DNA from: Eledone cirrhosa
Lineage: Eukaryota
Assembly: GCA_964016885.1 (NCBI GenBank)
Contig: OZ024742.1
Span: forward strand, 302,622,001-302,686,000
Direction of reading: 5' to 3'
DNA length: 64,000 nt
A program made the translations under genes and the position numbers. The notes under the pieces are model-generated. The model saw only the letters and a list, made by a program, of their open reading frames with translations, ran no database searches and was not told where the DNA came from. Positions 13,885 to 27,136 of this stretch are shown here, in pieces (within the stretch, counting starts at the first letter, position 1; every line of letters begins with the position of its first letter).

Positions 13885-14045
13885 GGGAAGAATCGACTCC
13901 ATTACTAGACTGGTACTTTTTTATCGACTTCGAAAGGATGAAAAGTAAAATTGACCTCGGCAGGGTTTGAACTCAGAGAGCAGAGAGCCGGAAATAATAC
14001 CATAAAACATTCTATCTGACATTCTAATGAATCTGCCAATTCACT
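13885..14045 (-). mobile_element. tRNA-derived SINE family 1
   Basis: ctggtacttttttatcgacttcgaaaggatgaaaagtaaaattgacctcggcagggtttgaactcaga is the reverse complement of the family body. Confidence 0.7.
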
Positions 14046-15004
14046 CATTAAGGCCGTCACCAGCTCACCTCTTCGTTCACCACACACTTCTCCCTATCTC
14101 TTTATCTCACATATTGACTACAATATCCAACTGGTGAAGGAGATGGTCTCACAATCGTTATATTCCGTCCCACTGCGTTGTACATTGGATATGTGTTATT
14201 TACCATAGCGCCAGGTTAATTCAAACGTAGAGAGTGAAATAAGGTCGACAGATGGTCTGTACCTGTAATTCCAATGGCCACCCTTCTCATACACTATGTC
14301 CTCAGTATTTCCATTTGAATTACGTTAAAGGTACTCGTGGCTATTGATTTCGTAGCCACCTGCACAATAATTTCATGAGAAGGCTCTTTCGTTGGTCGAA
14401 TAACTGGAGCGTTCATCGTCGAAATCGACGGAGACCCATTCCATTTTTTATCAAATATACGCATGCACTTAAACATAAACACACACTCATTGACACCTTC
14501 ACTTACTGATTCATTCGAACCATTACTAATTCACCTTACACTATCTTCCTCTAAAACCTGCATATACACACACATTCTCCACCTCTCTCTCTCTATGATA
14601 CACACACGCATTCCCCCTCTCTCTATCACACACACACGTTCCCACTCTCTCTATCAGACCCATACTCTTTGCGACCTTCACTCATTTACCCCGTTATTCA
14701 ATCACACTCATTCACTTGCCGGCCGCACACACACACATGGACACTCACACACAGACACACACATACACTCCGATCTCTCTCACTCCCCGGTTCAATTACA
14801 CTCAATCATTTCTCTTCTCCTTCTCCCCCCCTCTCTCTCACACACACACAGACACACACAGACACACAGACACACCAGACACAGACAGAAACTCGTTCCT
14901 GCCTTCACCCACCGAGTCCATTCAATCACAAAACATTCATCTGTTTGCTTCTTTCCCTCTCTCCCCTTCTCTCTCTTCAGACCTTCAACCACAGGCTCAG
15001 TCAC

Positions 15005-15430
15005 CCCTCTCTCTCCCCCTCCTTTCCACCCAGCCTCTTTCACTCAATCACTCTCCCTCTCTCCCCCTTCCTTCCACCCAGCCTCTTTCACTCAATCACT
15101 CTCCCTCTCTCCCCCTCCCTTCCACCCAGCCTCTTTCACTCAATCACTCTCTCTCCCCCTCCCTTCCACCCAGCCTCTTTCACTCAATCACTCTCCCTCT
15201 CTCCCCCTCCCTTCCACACAGCCTCTTTCACTCAATCACTCTCTCTCCCCCTCCCTTCCACCCAGCCTCTTTCACTCAATCACTCTCTCTCCCCCTCCCT
15301 TCCACCCAGCCTCTTTCACTCAATCACTCTCTCTCTCCCTCTTTCACCCTCCCTTCCACCTAGCCTCTTTCACTCAATCACTCTCTCTCCCCCTCCCTTC
15401 CACCCACCTTCTTTCACTCAATCAGTCTCT
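15005..15430. repeat. pyrimidine-rich minisatellite, 44-50 bp unit, about 9 copies
   Basis: Unit ctccccctcccttccacccagcctctttcactcaatcactctct. Confidence 0.9.
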
Positions 15431-15544
15431 CTCTCTCTCGCTCTCTCACTCACTCACATACGCGCACACTAAATCAGACGTTTCATAATATACCTCTCAC
15501 CTACATATATCTTTCCTTCCCCCTTTCTCTTTCTCTCTCCCCCT

Positions 15545-15935
15545 CTCTTTCTTCAGGCCTTCAACCACAGGCGCATTACCCCTCTCTCTCTCCTCTTCTC
15601 TCTCTTCAGGCCTTCACCCACAGTCGCATTACCCCTCTCCCTCTCTCATTTCTCTCTCCCCCTCTCTCTCTTCAGGCCTTCAACCACAGGCGCATTTCCC
15701 CCCTCTCTCTCTCCCCTTCTCTCTCTCCCCTTCTCTCTCTTCAGACCTTCAACCACAGTCGCATTACCCCTCTCTCTCTCCCATCTCTCTATATTCAGAC
15801 CTTCAACCACAGTCGCATTACCCCCCTCTCTCTCCCATCTCTCTCTCCCCTTCTCTCTCTTCAGGCCTTCACCCACAGTCGCATTACCCCTCTCTCTCTC
15901 CCATCTCTCTCTCCCCTTCTCTCTCTTCAGACGCA
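15545..15935. repeat. minisatellite, about 45-70 bp unit
   Basis: Core ttcaggccttcaaccacagtcgcattacccc repeated about 6 times with variable (CT)n spacers. Confidence 0.85.
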
Positions 15936-16294
15936 TTCCCCCCTCTTCCTCCCTCACTCTCTCTCTCATACAAACATACGCTTCATAACACACTATCTCT
16001 CTCTCACCTACACATTCCTTCCTTTCCATTCTTCGCATCAATTATTACCATACAGAAATTACGTTACTCTCAAATATCATAAAACAATGAACGCTGGACT
16101 TGAATTTGTTTTCTCTCTCAACTGATTTCATTTCGGCCATTTTGAAAATATTCACATCCGTCATTATCCCCTAAGTAGACAGTATATAACTTTATATATT
16201 CATTGATTGCTGTGAGTGGGTGTGTGTGAAGGTGAGGATGGGGGTTCTTGTACGTGCTCGTGCTTGTGTGGTTTATGCAAGTGTGCTTCTGGGG

Positions 16295-16416
16295 GTCTGT
16301 GTGTATATATATATATATATATACTTTGTGTATATATATATATATATACTTTTTAAAAAGTATATCTACATATATCTATGTATATATCTATATCCGTCCA
16401 TCTATCTATATATATA

Positions 16417-16486
<70 letters not shown>

Positions 16487-16528
16487 TGTGAGTATGTATG
16501 TATGTATGTATATATGTATGTATGTATG

Positions 16529-16570
<42 letters not shown>

Positions 16571-16620
16571 TACTCACATGCATATATATATATACATATA
16601 TATGCATACACACAAATATA

Positions 16621-16654
<34 letters not shown>

Positions 16655-16839
16655 CTGTGTGTGTGTATATAAGGTTGTGTGTGCAAGAATTTGTGTATGT
16701 GTACATGTGATTTAATATATCTGAGTACCCGCGTGTGTGTATATATCTATGTGTGTGTGTGTGTGCCTCTCTTCATGTGTCTCGTATAACAGAACACGAA
16801 AGGCGCACATATACATCCACATGCATGAAGGAGAGGTAG

Positions 16840-16873
<34 letters not shown>

Positions 16874-17569
16874 AGTGAGAGAGAAGTGAAGTAGAGGAGA
16901 GAGGAAAGAGATAGAGGAAAAAGAGTGATCCAGACGCTTGAAAGAGAGTGGAGAGAGAAGAGAAAGAGAGAGAAGAAAAGGAAACAGATGAGAAAGAGAC
17001 AGAAAAGAAAGAAAGAAAAGAAGAGTGGAAAGAGATATAAAGGTAAACGAGTGATAGAGATGAGAGATAGAGAGGAGAAAGAGATAGAGAGGGGCGAAAG
17101 AAGCGAAAAGCACAAACGCATACATACACTAGACATAGAAACACATACATAAACTAGACATAGAAACACATATACTAGATATAGAAACAAACACATACAT
17201 ACACTAGACATAGAAACACATACAAGATGAATAAATAAATGAAGAGTAAAAAGAAGAAACAATCAGGTTTATTATGATCAATTATGGTCAGGAAACATAT
17301 TTCTTGAATTTACACCTCTGCTAATACCACTATTGACTGGTAATTGCCTATTTATGGAAGCATCGTTGGGCGACTGTATACACACACATTTATATATCCA
17401 TATATATATATATATATATATATATACACTCACATACATACATTTATATATATACATACTCACACACACACATATATATATATATACATACTCACACACA
17501 CACATATATATATATATACACTCACGTACATATATATATATATAACCACACTCACATACATTTATACAT

Positions 17570-17613
<44 letters not shown>

Positions 17614-17730
17614 GTCTATATATGCATTTATGTGCACCAACGTGTACGTGTATAACTGTATAAATATTATTTATACGTACTCATATATTCAGACATACGC
17701 ACGCATGCACCAGACAAATACACAGGTATT

Positions 17731-17783
<53 letters not shown>

Positions 17784-17971
17784 ATAAATATATAAACGAG
17801 TGTTTGTATGACAGATAGAGATTGGAAGAACGGGGGAGGGTGAGAAAGTATGTGCGTGTGCATTAGTGTGTGTGTGTGTGTATAACTACATATGTTTATA
17901 GGGTATTTTCTCTTAGTGTATGCTTTCAACTGTATAATTTTCTCCTCTCTCTGCATACACGCATACATAAA

Positions 17972-18050
<79 letters not shown>
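16295..18050. repeat. compound TA/TATG/GA/CA microsatellite cluster
   Basis: Direct reading. Confidence 0.9.
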
Positions 18051-18053
<3 letters not shown>

Positions 18054-18553
18054 CTAGCGCGAAAAAGCTGAGGCTCCTCTCGAAAATTATAAATTAAAGC
18101 TGGAATCTATAACTTTCTCATTAATGTCACCAAGATTCACGCTTGCACAAAGCCATACGAATGCCACTGAGTCATAAGCTTTTCAGAGTCTGTCCAACCT
18201 ATTAAAAATATTTTCCGCCTATTTATTTTTATAGTGACACTTGTTTTTATATTATCGCAGTGTGAAGATGCGTGGCTTTGTTATTACGCTGTTTGGCTTA
18301 TGACCATACGGTCTTGAGTTCGAATCTCGTAGTTGCATTGTGTCCCTGTGTAAGCCACTATATTTCACGTTGTTCCAGTCCACTCGGGCTACCAAGTATC
18401 TATGCTCTTCTGATTATATTGTTATAATTTCTCAACAATACAAAACCAGCCGGTTTCCAACCCAATAAAAAAGTTTATTCATTGGAATCTGGGCAATATG
18501 AAATAGATATTGTACATACTCGGGCATGAAAGCACGTGGATTGGTGTTTCGAG

Positions 18554-19447
18554 CAGAGTGTCTCAAACCTTTTGGTCTACCCCCCCTTACGGCCACATAA
18601 TACCCTCAGCGCCCCCACCTATTTCCAGAGCGACCTACTTACACGCAAATTGTAAATAATCTAATCTAATCTAATCTGGCCGAGTTTACACTCGCAAATA
18701 AGAAGAACCAGGGCCGCCCCTAGGAACATTGGATTTGGTGTACTCCATATTTGTTTCGGTTGCTGAATACAATCAGGGGTCGCTGCTTCTCCTGAAGGTC
18801 AATAGTTCTCTTCTAACTCGAGCAGGAGCGCCTTTCCATTGTCAATTTGCATTGATCCTCTCTGCAAAGCCGCATTATTCTCAGAACCACTACACCAGTC
18901 TTTTGATGTGTGCAGTTGGAACTACTGCTACCCATTGATTTGGCAGGATCGCAACCAATTTCTTCTGCTGAGTAAACTGGAACAACGTGAAATAAACTGT
19001 CTTGCTCAAGGACACAACACATCACCCGGTCCGAGAATCGAACTCACAACCTTTCGATTGCAAACCCAATGCTCTAACCACTAAGCCATGGCATTCACTG
19101 AATAATATACAATAAATTAAATCGTTAATTTATATATAATAAATAATATAATATATACTATGAATAAATAAATGTTATACAGTGTCTCTCAAACATATAT
19201 ATACACCTCAATAAAATTCGAATAAATATGTGTATACATTTTTTTGGGACACCCTGCATATTTTTTATTTTACTATATTTATATATGTATCATTTAATAT
19301 GTAATATACTATTATATCATCTCTACCGCCCCCAACGACCCCTTAGGTCCTGGCGCCCCCTGGATTTCTCACCCCGGGTGTGTGGGGTGGGGTGTGTGGG
19401 GGATGTGGGGTGTGTGCGTGCAGTAGCGCTCACTTTGAGAACCACTG
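18554..19447. mobile_element. hAT-type MITE (old) containing nested insertions
   Basis: Ends cagagtgtctcaaa ... tttgagaaccactg (11/14 inverted match); hAT-like subterminal gcgccccc motifs; TSD degenerate (gtttcgag vs gtttagca). Confidence 0.5.
18730..19095 (-). mobile_element. tRNA-derived SINE nested in the MITE
   Basis: actggaacaacgtgaaataaactgtcttgctcaaggacacaac...gaatcgaactcacaacc...ctaaccactaagccatg is a reverse-complemented SINE head; the same head occurs on + at 46193. Confidence 0.7.
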
Positions 19448-19879
19448 GTTTAGCACATGGGATCACAATAATAAAATCGTGTGTTCGATTCCCGGTGGCG
19501 TATTGTGTTGTGTTGCACCATTCCACTCAGTTCGTAAACATGAATTGTACCTGCAATTCAAAGGGCCAGCTTTATCATCCCGAAAACTACGATAAGAGCA
19601 CACGTGTCTGTGTGGAATGCTTAGCCACTTGTACGTCACTTTCACCTGCATGCTGATCCGATGATCCAACAACATGTAGACTCGTCATTGAAGCCGAAAG
19701 TGGTCCCCCACCACACACTAACACACACATATTATCGCAGCAATGTGATGACCAAAACAGATAATAGCGATTTTAAAGTTATTTACTTTGAGGACCCTAA
19801 ATTCTGAGATCAAATGAAAGATTGGGGAATAGTATTGATTCGTTCTTTTACTAATTTCGTCTTGTGTCTATACATGTGG

Positions 19880-20185
19880 ACATAGCGTGGCTGAATGGTT
19901 GAGTTCGCTTCGCAATCTTAAATCCCATGGGCAATCTATGCATTGCGAGTTAAATTGACTAGATGATTGTCGGATAGACTGTACCTGTAATTTAATGGTC
20001 CAGCCTTATCACACACTGTGTCACGCTGAATGTTCTTGTGAATTGAATTACCTGAAGGATATACATATCGGTGGAATGCTCAGCCACTTACGCGTTAAAT
20101 TCAATTCTATTGATCAAGAAACTGAATCACTGATTGTAGAAATTGAGTCGATTCCACTCCATGAGACGATGCTGTGTTACTACCT
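19880..20185 (+). mobile_element. SINE family 2
   Basis: gcgtggctgaatggttgag head, then tgtcacgctgaat...ggaatgctcagccacttacgcgttaaatttca. Confidence 0.6.
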
Positions 20186-20671
20186 TGAACAATATAGTCT
20201 AATGTATCGATTCCAGTACCTGATTACGACTTTATATTTTATCGATATTGGAAGTAGGAAAATGTAAAATCTACCTGCGTGTATTTGGAACTCAGAATGT
20301 AAAAATATGTAAACCAAACACGGCAAAATATTTTGTCAAACTTTTTACAGTTTATGGTAAACCCACCACAAATATTCCTTTTTATGCCAGTGGGTTTGTA
20401 GATGTGGTAGAGCGTCGGTCAGAATCCCTTGAGGTATTTAATTATTTTATCCTTTCTGAAGGTCGCTAAATTACGTATCCGTCAAATACTGGAGATCGAT
20501 TTAATCTATTCGACATTCCACACAAATATCTGGTCGTGCGATAATATCAGAAATCAATATTATCGAGGGAATTATACTGCCTCTCTAAATAAAACACTTT
20601 TTGGCACATTTTAAACTCCTTTATACCGCATAAAATCGCTCATGCTTTTACGATACAATATATATATATAT

Positions 20672-23600
20672 CTAAGGCGGGTAAAATTCCCGAGATCCAT
20701 GGACGAGTTCTCTCCAGCGGTCTCTGTCCCTCATTATCGCTGCCATATCCTGCATCTCCAACAGACCAGTGTCTGTCCTTAGGGCATCAACATATGTTAA
20801 CCTTGGTCTTCCTCTTCTAGTGTGTCCATGTAGTGGCTCCCAAAGGAGCACTGAGTGCAATGTCAACTCTGGATATCGGTGAGCATGTCCAGCCAACCTC
20901 AGTCTCCTCTGTGTCACTTTTGAGCTGACTTTTGGGATGCTCCCATACAGCTCTGAGTTTTTCATCCTCAGTGTATACTGATTAATGTTCAGAGCTATCC
21001 TCAGCATTCTCGTGTAGCACCCATCCACCATCTGAGTGAGTCTCTTGGTCAGTGTCCAAGTCTCAGACCCATACAGCAGCACAGACTCCACTACAGCAAT
21101 GAAGAGGCGGATTTTCAGGTCTCTACGAAGGTCCGACTTCCACACCGATCTCAAGCTGTGACACGCCGCCCAGGCCTTGCTCTTTCTCTCAACCACATCA
21201 TCTTCCGTATTCCCAATCTTTGCTCCCAAATACAGGAAGTCCTCAACCAATTCCAGAGGCTTCCCGCCTACATTAGTGATCCCCTCTGGCTTCTCAACAT
21301 TCTCTACCAGATATTTTGTTTTAGTCTCATTCATTCTCAGCCCCACACTCATCGACACAGTCTCAACCTCCCGGATCAAATCCTCTGCCTCCTTCACTGT
21401 ATTTGTCACCAAAACTATGTCGTCGGCAAATTCAGCATCCGATACCTTTTTCGCCCCAACTCTCCTGCTCTGAGCCGGTGCTACAGTAAAGCCAGAGTCC
21501 TGGTGTTTCTCCAGTGCAAGGCGCATACAATAGTCCACTACGATGATAAAAAGGTAGGGAGCCAATGTATCTCCCTGGAACACTCCAGCCAGTATCTCAA
21601 AGAACTCTGTCATCCCATCAGGTGTAATTACTTGGGCTTTGGTGTTGGTGTAGAGCAGTGATATCAGGTCCACTATCCTCTTGGGGATTCCATAAGCCTG
21701 TAAGATCTTCATCAGGCAGTAACGGTCCACAGAATCAAAGGCCTTCCTAAAGTCAATGAAAACCATGACCGCAGGAAGGCACTTTGCTCTAGCTCCCTCT
21801 AATATCCTCCTCAGCATCAGGATGTGACTGGTGGTTGATCTACCCTCTCTGAAGCCGTTCTGGTTGTCCCTGAGCTTCTTCTCCATCTCAGGCTGGATCC
21901 TGTTAAGAATCATCCTGTTGAGGGTCTTTGCCACAAGTGACGTCAGTGAGATCCCCCGGTAGTTGTTGGTGTTAGAGAGATCTCCCTTCTTTGGCACTGG
22001 GACGATGCTACTGATCCTCCACTGATTCGGGGCAACTCCTTTCTCCAGTGCCCCGTTACAGAACCCCAGGATGATATCATCAAAATCACACCTCTTCATC
22101 ACCTCTGATGCCACTCCATCTTCTCCATGAGCCTTGCCCTCCTTGATCTTCTTCTTGGCTCTCTGAAGCTCCTCTCTGGTGAAGGGCTCTGTCTCAACAT
22201 CCAGTTCCTCAAACAGCCGCCTGATCTCCCCAGTGCTCTGGGCTGTGGAGGGTGGCTCTCCTAGTAGGGTCCTAAAATGGTCTAGCCATTTCCTCTTCCT
22301 ATCCTCGGGCCCCGTTCCCTGGATCTGACTCGAACACCTTTTCTTCCTCCCTGTGATCTCGTTGATGATCATCCAGCTCTCCTTACATCCAAATCTGTCA
22401 ACCGCTCTCTCCACACTTCTGATCTTCTCTATCAGTGCCTCCTCTCTGACCTCAGTGTAAGCGGTACAGAGCTCTTCCCTCATCACCTCCACAGTCTCCA
22501 TCCTCTCCTCCGTAGGATCAGCATAGAATTGGTCCCTGGCAGCTTTCAGGTGTTCTCTGGCTGCACACACTTTTGGGTTTGCAGAGCTGACGTGCTTCCC
22601 TTTGTTCTTTTTCCTCGGCACCAGGGTTTCACTTGCTTTCGCCACTGCATTGGTGAAGTGCCCGTACCTCCTCGTCACACTCTCCTCAGTCCATCCAATC
22701 TCTCTCTTCTCTGACTCTCCACACAGAGCACTAAACCTGTTTCTCACTTCCACTGTGAACCTCTCCTGTAGCTTATCATCTTCCTTGAAAGCTCCCCAGT
22801 CATAGATTGTTCTCCGGGGCTGAGCCTTGCTCTTTCTTAAGCTCACGCGGACCTCACTCATAACAAGCCGGTGGTCACTACCCAGTGTACTGAAATAGCT
22901 GTATGGTTCCGTGTTCAGAACACTATTCCGCCACTTTTTCCTCACCAGAATGAAATCAATCTGGGACTTGGACAGGTGCATATCTGAGATGTAGGTCCAC
23001 ATCTTCCCCAGATTCTTCCTAAACCTTAGGTTGGTCGCCATCAAGTTCGCCTCCAGCAGGGTGTCTCTCAGTAGTCTTCCATTTCGGTTGGTGTTGTTAT
23101 GGAAGTACCAGAAAGGATCTTCACTGCCCTCCTTACTCAGATGTGCATTGAAGTCCCCCAAAACAAGCAGGATATTGTGTGCCTGAGTGGTGTTGACAGC
23201 TCTACACACCTCCTCATGGAACTCCTCGGCATTCACATCACTGTCCCCCTCGGTTGGACTATAGGCTGAGATGACTGTCAGTGAAGGTCACCCTCAACAC
23301 TCGCGGGGAGATAGGCATTATTTCAGTCACCAACAGATTGGTTTTTGCACTGAACACAAAACCCACTCCTCCTACTGCAGCATTTGTTGTGTTCTTCACT
23401 GCCGATGTAGTGATGAGCTGGCTCTTCCTCCCGATCATCACACTCCTCACGGGCTCATCGTGTAGAATCCTGTGTTCTTGGATCGCAAGTATCTGTATAC
23501 CACTCTCCTCGAACAGATGTCCCAACTCCTCTCTCTTCTCCAGCGTTCGAATAGTCCTCACATTCAAAGTGCCCATTTTGATGGCTCTTCTGCAGGACAA

Positions 23601-23753
23601 AACTGCATTCTTTATATTTGTCTCAGAGACAGCTGATCCATCATCCACTGGCCCTCTCTGTGGCTCTAAGTCAGCAGAGTAATAACGACCAGGCTGCTCC
23701 TTGACAGTGTAATTAGGGGCTCTAACCCTAGAGCTGTTAGATCGACTCTCCAT
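20672..23753 (-). pseudogene. RTE ORF: AP endonuclease + reverse transcriptase, one frameshift near 23270
   Basis: GTLNVRT, IQEHR, GDFNAH, IDFIL, SDH; NYRGISL, QNGFREGRST, FIDFRKAFDSV, GVFQGDTLAPYLF, FADD, VLLYGSETW, RRGRPRLT (RTE-type C-terminus). Confidence 0.93.
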
Positions 23754-23967
23754 ATTTCTTTTCAATGGCTGACAATACCTTACCGGCGCCACTCGAATAA
23801 GGTAGTTATTTAACCCATAAATGGAGCCCTAACAGGTACTACCACCCCGGGCCAGGGCAGACCTGGGAGTCATGACAACTAAGGGGTAACTCCACATTCC
23901 CCACATCTCCTGAACTCCCGAACTGGAGCCTTGCAACTAGATGTAGTTTAATGTCATACCCAGGACA
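20672..23967 (-). mobile_element. RTE-clade non-LTR retrotransposon, full length
   Basis: Single APE-RT ORF, about 214-nt 5' leader, (TA)n on both sides. Confidence 0.93.
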
Positions 23968-24249
<282 letters not shown>

Positions 24250-24477
24250 TAGGTATAGGATTAACTATCAACGCATCTCTCCAAAAGTAACCAGTATAAT
24301 AAAACCCCTACCATAACATTTTGATTAAGATATCTACAAGCCACTCTCTCCTACTTCTCCAACCCCTGCATATCTTTCTTTCTCTCTCCCTCTTCCCTAC
24401 TTTTCTCTCTTCCTTTTCTACTCTATCTTCCCCAACAACCCCACTTAAGGGTATTTACATTGTACATTTTACCATTC

Positions 24478-24589
24478 TGCTCTGAGAAAACAGTGGTCAC
24501 AGCATTGGATATTTGAGTTCTGAAAGTACTTGTGAATTTGCACGTAGCATAACTAGGCTGCAGTACCACCGTGGAAACACTTGTAAGCA
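24478..24589 (+). ncRNA. hammerhead-like motif with long stem II
   Basis: tgct-CTGAGAA(24482-24488)...acagtggt/accaccgt...GAAA(24574-24577)-cacttg-TA-agca, followed by AATAAA; island between TA tracts. Core deviates from CUGANGA. Confidence 0.5.
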
Positions 24590-24636
24590 CACGGAATAAA
24601 TTACCTTTTTATGATGTCTACCTGTTATTATTCATT

Positions 24637-25238
<602 letters not shown>

Positions 25239-25783
25239 GAGCAGTTGAAGTATAAGGACGTGTTTTTACTTCTCTCCCCGAGTAAGCAGCAAGTCACACA
25301 GCCACAAAACAAAACCACAAGACAAAACCAAACAAACAAAAATTGACCGGTTAATACATTTTCATACATCTATATTATTATATATTTGAAAATTGACCGG
25401 TTAATTCATTTTTCATACATCTATATTATTATATATTTGAAACCACGTGTTTTCGAACTTGTGAGTACATTTTCCTTTAACTACAAATTATTATTATATA
25501 CTTTCGTCTTTTCATTAACTTAATTAATTTCAAATAACCAGAATATACATATATATATATATATATATATACTCATATTTATATATATACGCTTCTCACT
25601 CACACACAAGAAAAACAAAAAAACAAAAATAAATCAAAAATAAATTTAAAAAAAATATATATATATTGAAATACTTAACTAAAACACACACACACGAACT
25701 TGTGAGTACATTTTCCTTTAACTACAAATTATTATTATATACTTTCGTCTTTTCATTAACTTAATTAATTTCAAATAACCAGA

Positions 25784-25816
<33 letters not shown>

Positions 25817-25960
25817 CTCATATTTATATATATACGCTTCTCACTCACACACAAGAAAAACAAAAAACAAAAATAAATCAAAAATAAATTTAAAAAAAAA
25901 AAAAAAATATATATATATATTGAAATACTTAACTAAAACACACACACACTCAAAACTAGA

Positions 25961-27136
25961 ATGGCTAACCAGCAAAAATCCAAACAGAACTGGTCTGATA
26001 ATGAAATCGACATTCTAATAAACACATGGCATTGCCTTTCCCAAACAGAAAATATAGATGCTTCATCTCTGAACGACATTGCTAAACGTACAGTTCAATT
26101 TTTGAAAACTCGATCTGAACAACAGATTCAAAATAAATTAAAGCAAATCGAAATTGCTTTTAAATTAATCAATAAACATTTGGATAAACTACGGTGTGTT
26201 TTCTCTTCGAATGCTGTCCAGCAGCAGCAACAACAACAACAGCAGCTACAACAGCAACAGCAACAACAGCAACAACAACAACATCAACAACAGCTACAAC
26301 AACAACAACAACAGCAACAACAACAACAACAACGACAACAACAGTGTGAACCACTCCTTGATTCATCAACAATGGCCGATCTACTAAATGAAACTATTGA
26401 CCCCCCAGTAGCCTCTGTCTCACAGCATGAAACGCCACATCCTTTCTCTGGCCCAGCAGTCCAATCATCACCACTGCCAACATCTCTGCCTACTACTACT
26501 ACTACTACTACAACATTTTTGTCTACTGCTATGTCAAGGAATTTACCTTCTAATACCAGAACAAGAACTCTCCCTCCCACAGTCCACAAAGGTCGTCAAA
26601 TCCTACCCAAACCATCATCTACACCTCTCACAACACCCACACCCACATACCCACCCACTCGAAACCCCATCATTTGCCGCTACTCTCTACGCTATAGAAT
26701 ATGTACGGATAGTGGCTGCAAATTCACCCATTTACCTAGGACAAAACGATCTATCCCCACAAACAGCCACCACCATAATACATACTCTAATTTAACACCA
26801 ACACAACCACCAATAACTCAAACAAGGAATCCACAAATCTGCCGTTTTTCCCTGCGAGACAGATTGTGTTTAGACCGGGATTGTCCCTTTACCCATCTCC
26901 CGGGGACCCGTCGGATAAATGAAAATAAAATTAAAAATAAAAGCAAAAACAAAAACCATAACCTACATAAAAATAACCACTACCACAGTCACCAACAGTC
27001 TTCTAAACAGGAAACTTCTTCCTCTTTTTTAGCCATAATGAATCTGGCAAAAGAACTGGAAAAAAACATTCGAGCTATCACCCAGCACCACCCTCCACTA
27101 TCACCCCACTGCACAAACTCCCATTGCTGCCATTAA
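25961..27136 (+). CDS. LINE ORF1: Myb/SANT-like N-terminus, polyQ, two CCCH zinc fingers
   Basis: NWSDNEIDILINTW...RSEQQIQNKLKQI; Q-tract about 26219-26344; ICRYSLRYRICTDSGCKFTH and ICRFSLRDRLCLDRDCPFTH. Confidence 0.8.
   Translation: MANQQKSKQNWSDNEIDILINTWHCLSQTENIDASSLNDIAKRTVQFLKTRSEQQIQNKLKQIEIAFKLINKHLDKLRCVFSSNAVQQQQQQQQQLQQQQQQQQQQQHQQQLQQQQQQQQQQQQRQQQCEPLLDSSTMADLLNETIDPPVASVSQHETPHPFSGPAVQSSPLPTSLPTTTTTTTTFLSTAMSRNLPSNTRTRTLPPTVHKGRQILPKPSSTPLTTPTPTYPPTRNPIICRYSLRYRICTDSGCKFTHLPRTKRSIPTNSHHHNTYSNLTPTQPPITQTRNPQICRFSLRDRLCLDRDCPFTHLPGTRRINENKIKNKSKNKNHNLHKNNHYHSHQQSSKQETSSSFLAIMNLAKELEKNIRAITQHHPPLSPHCTNSHCCH

Noticed and set aside
14463-16041. 341-, 267- and 131-aa ORFs
   Set aside because: Read-through of CT-rich minisatellites; no domain motifs.
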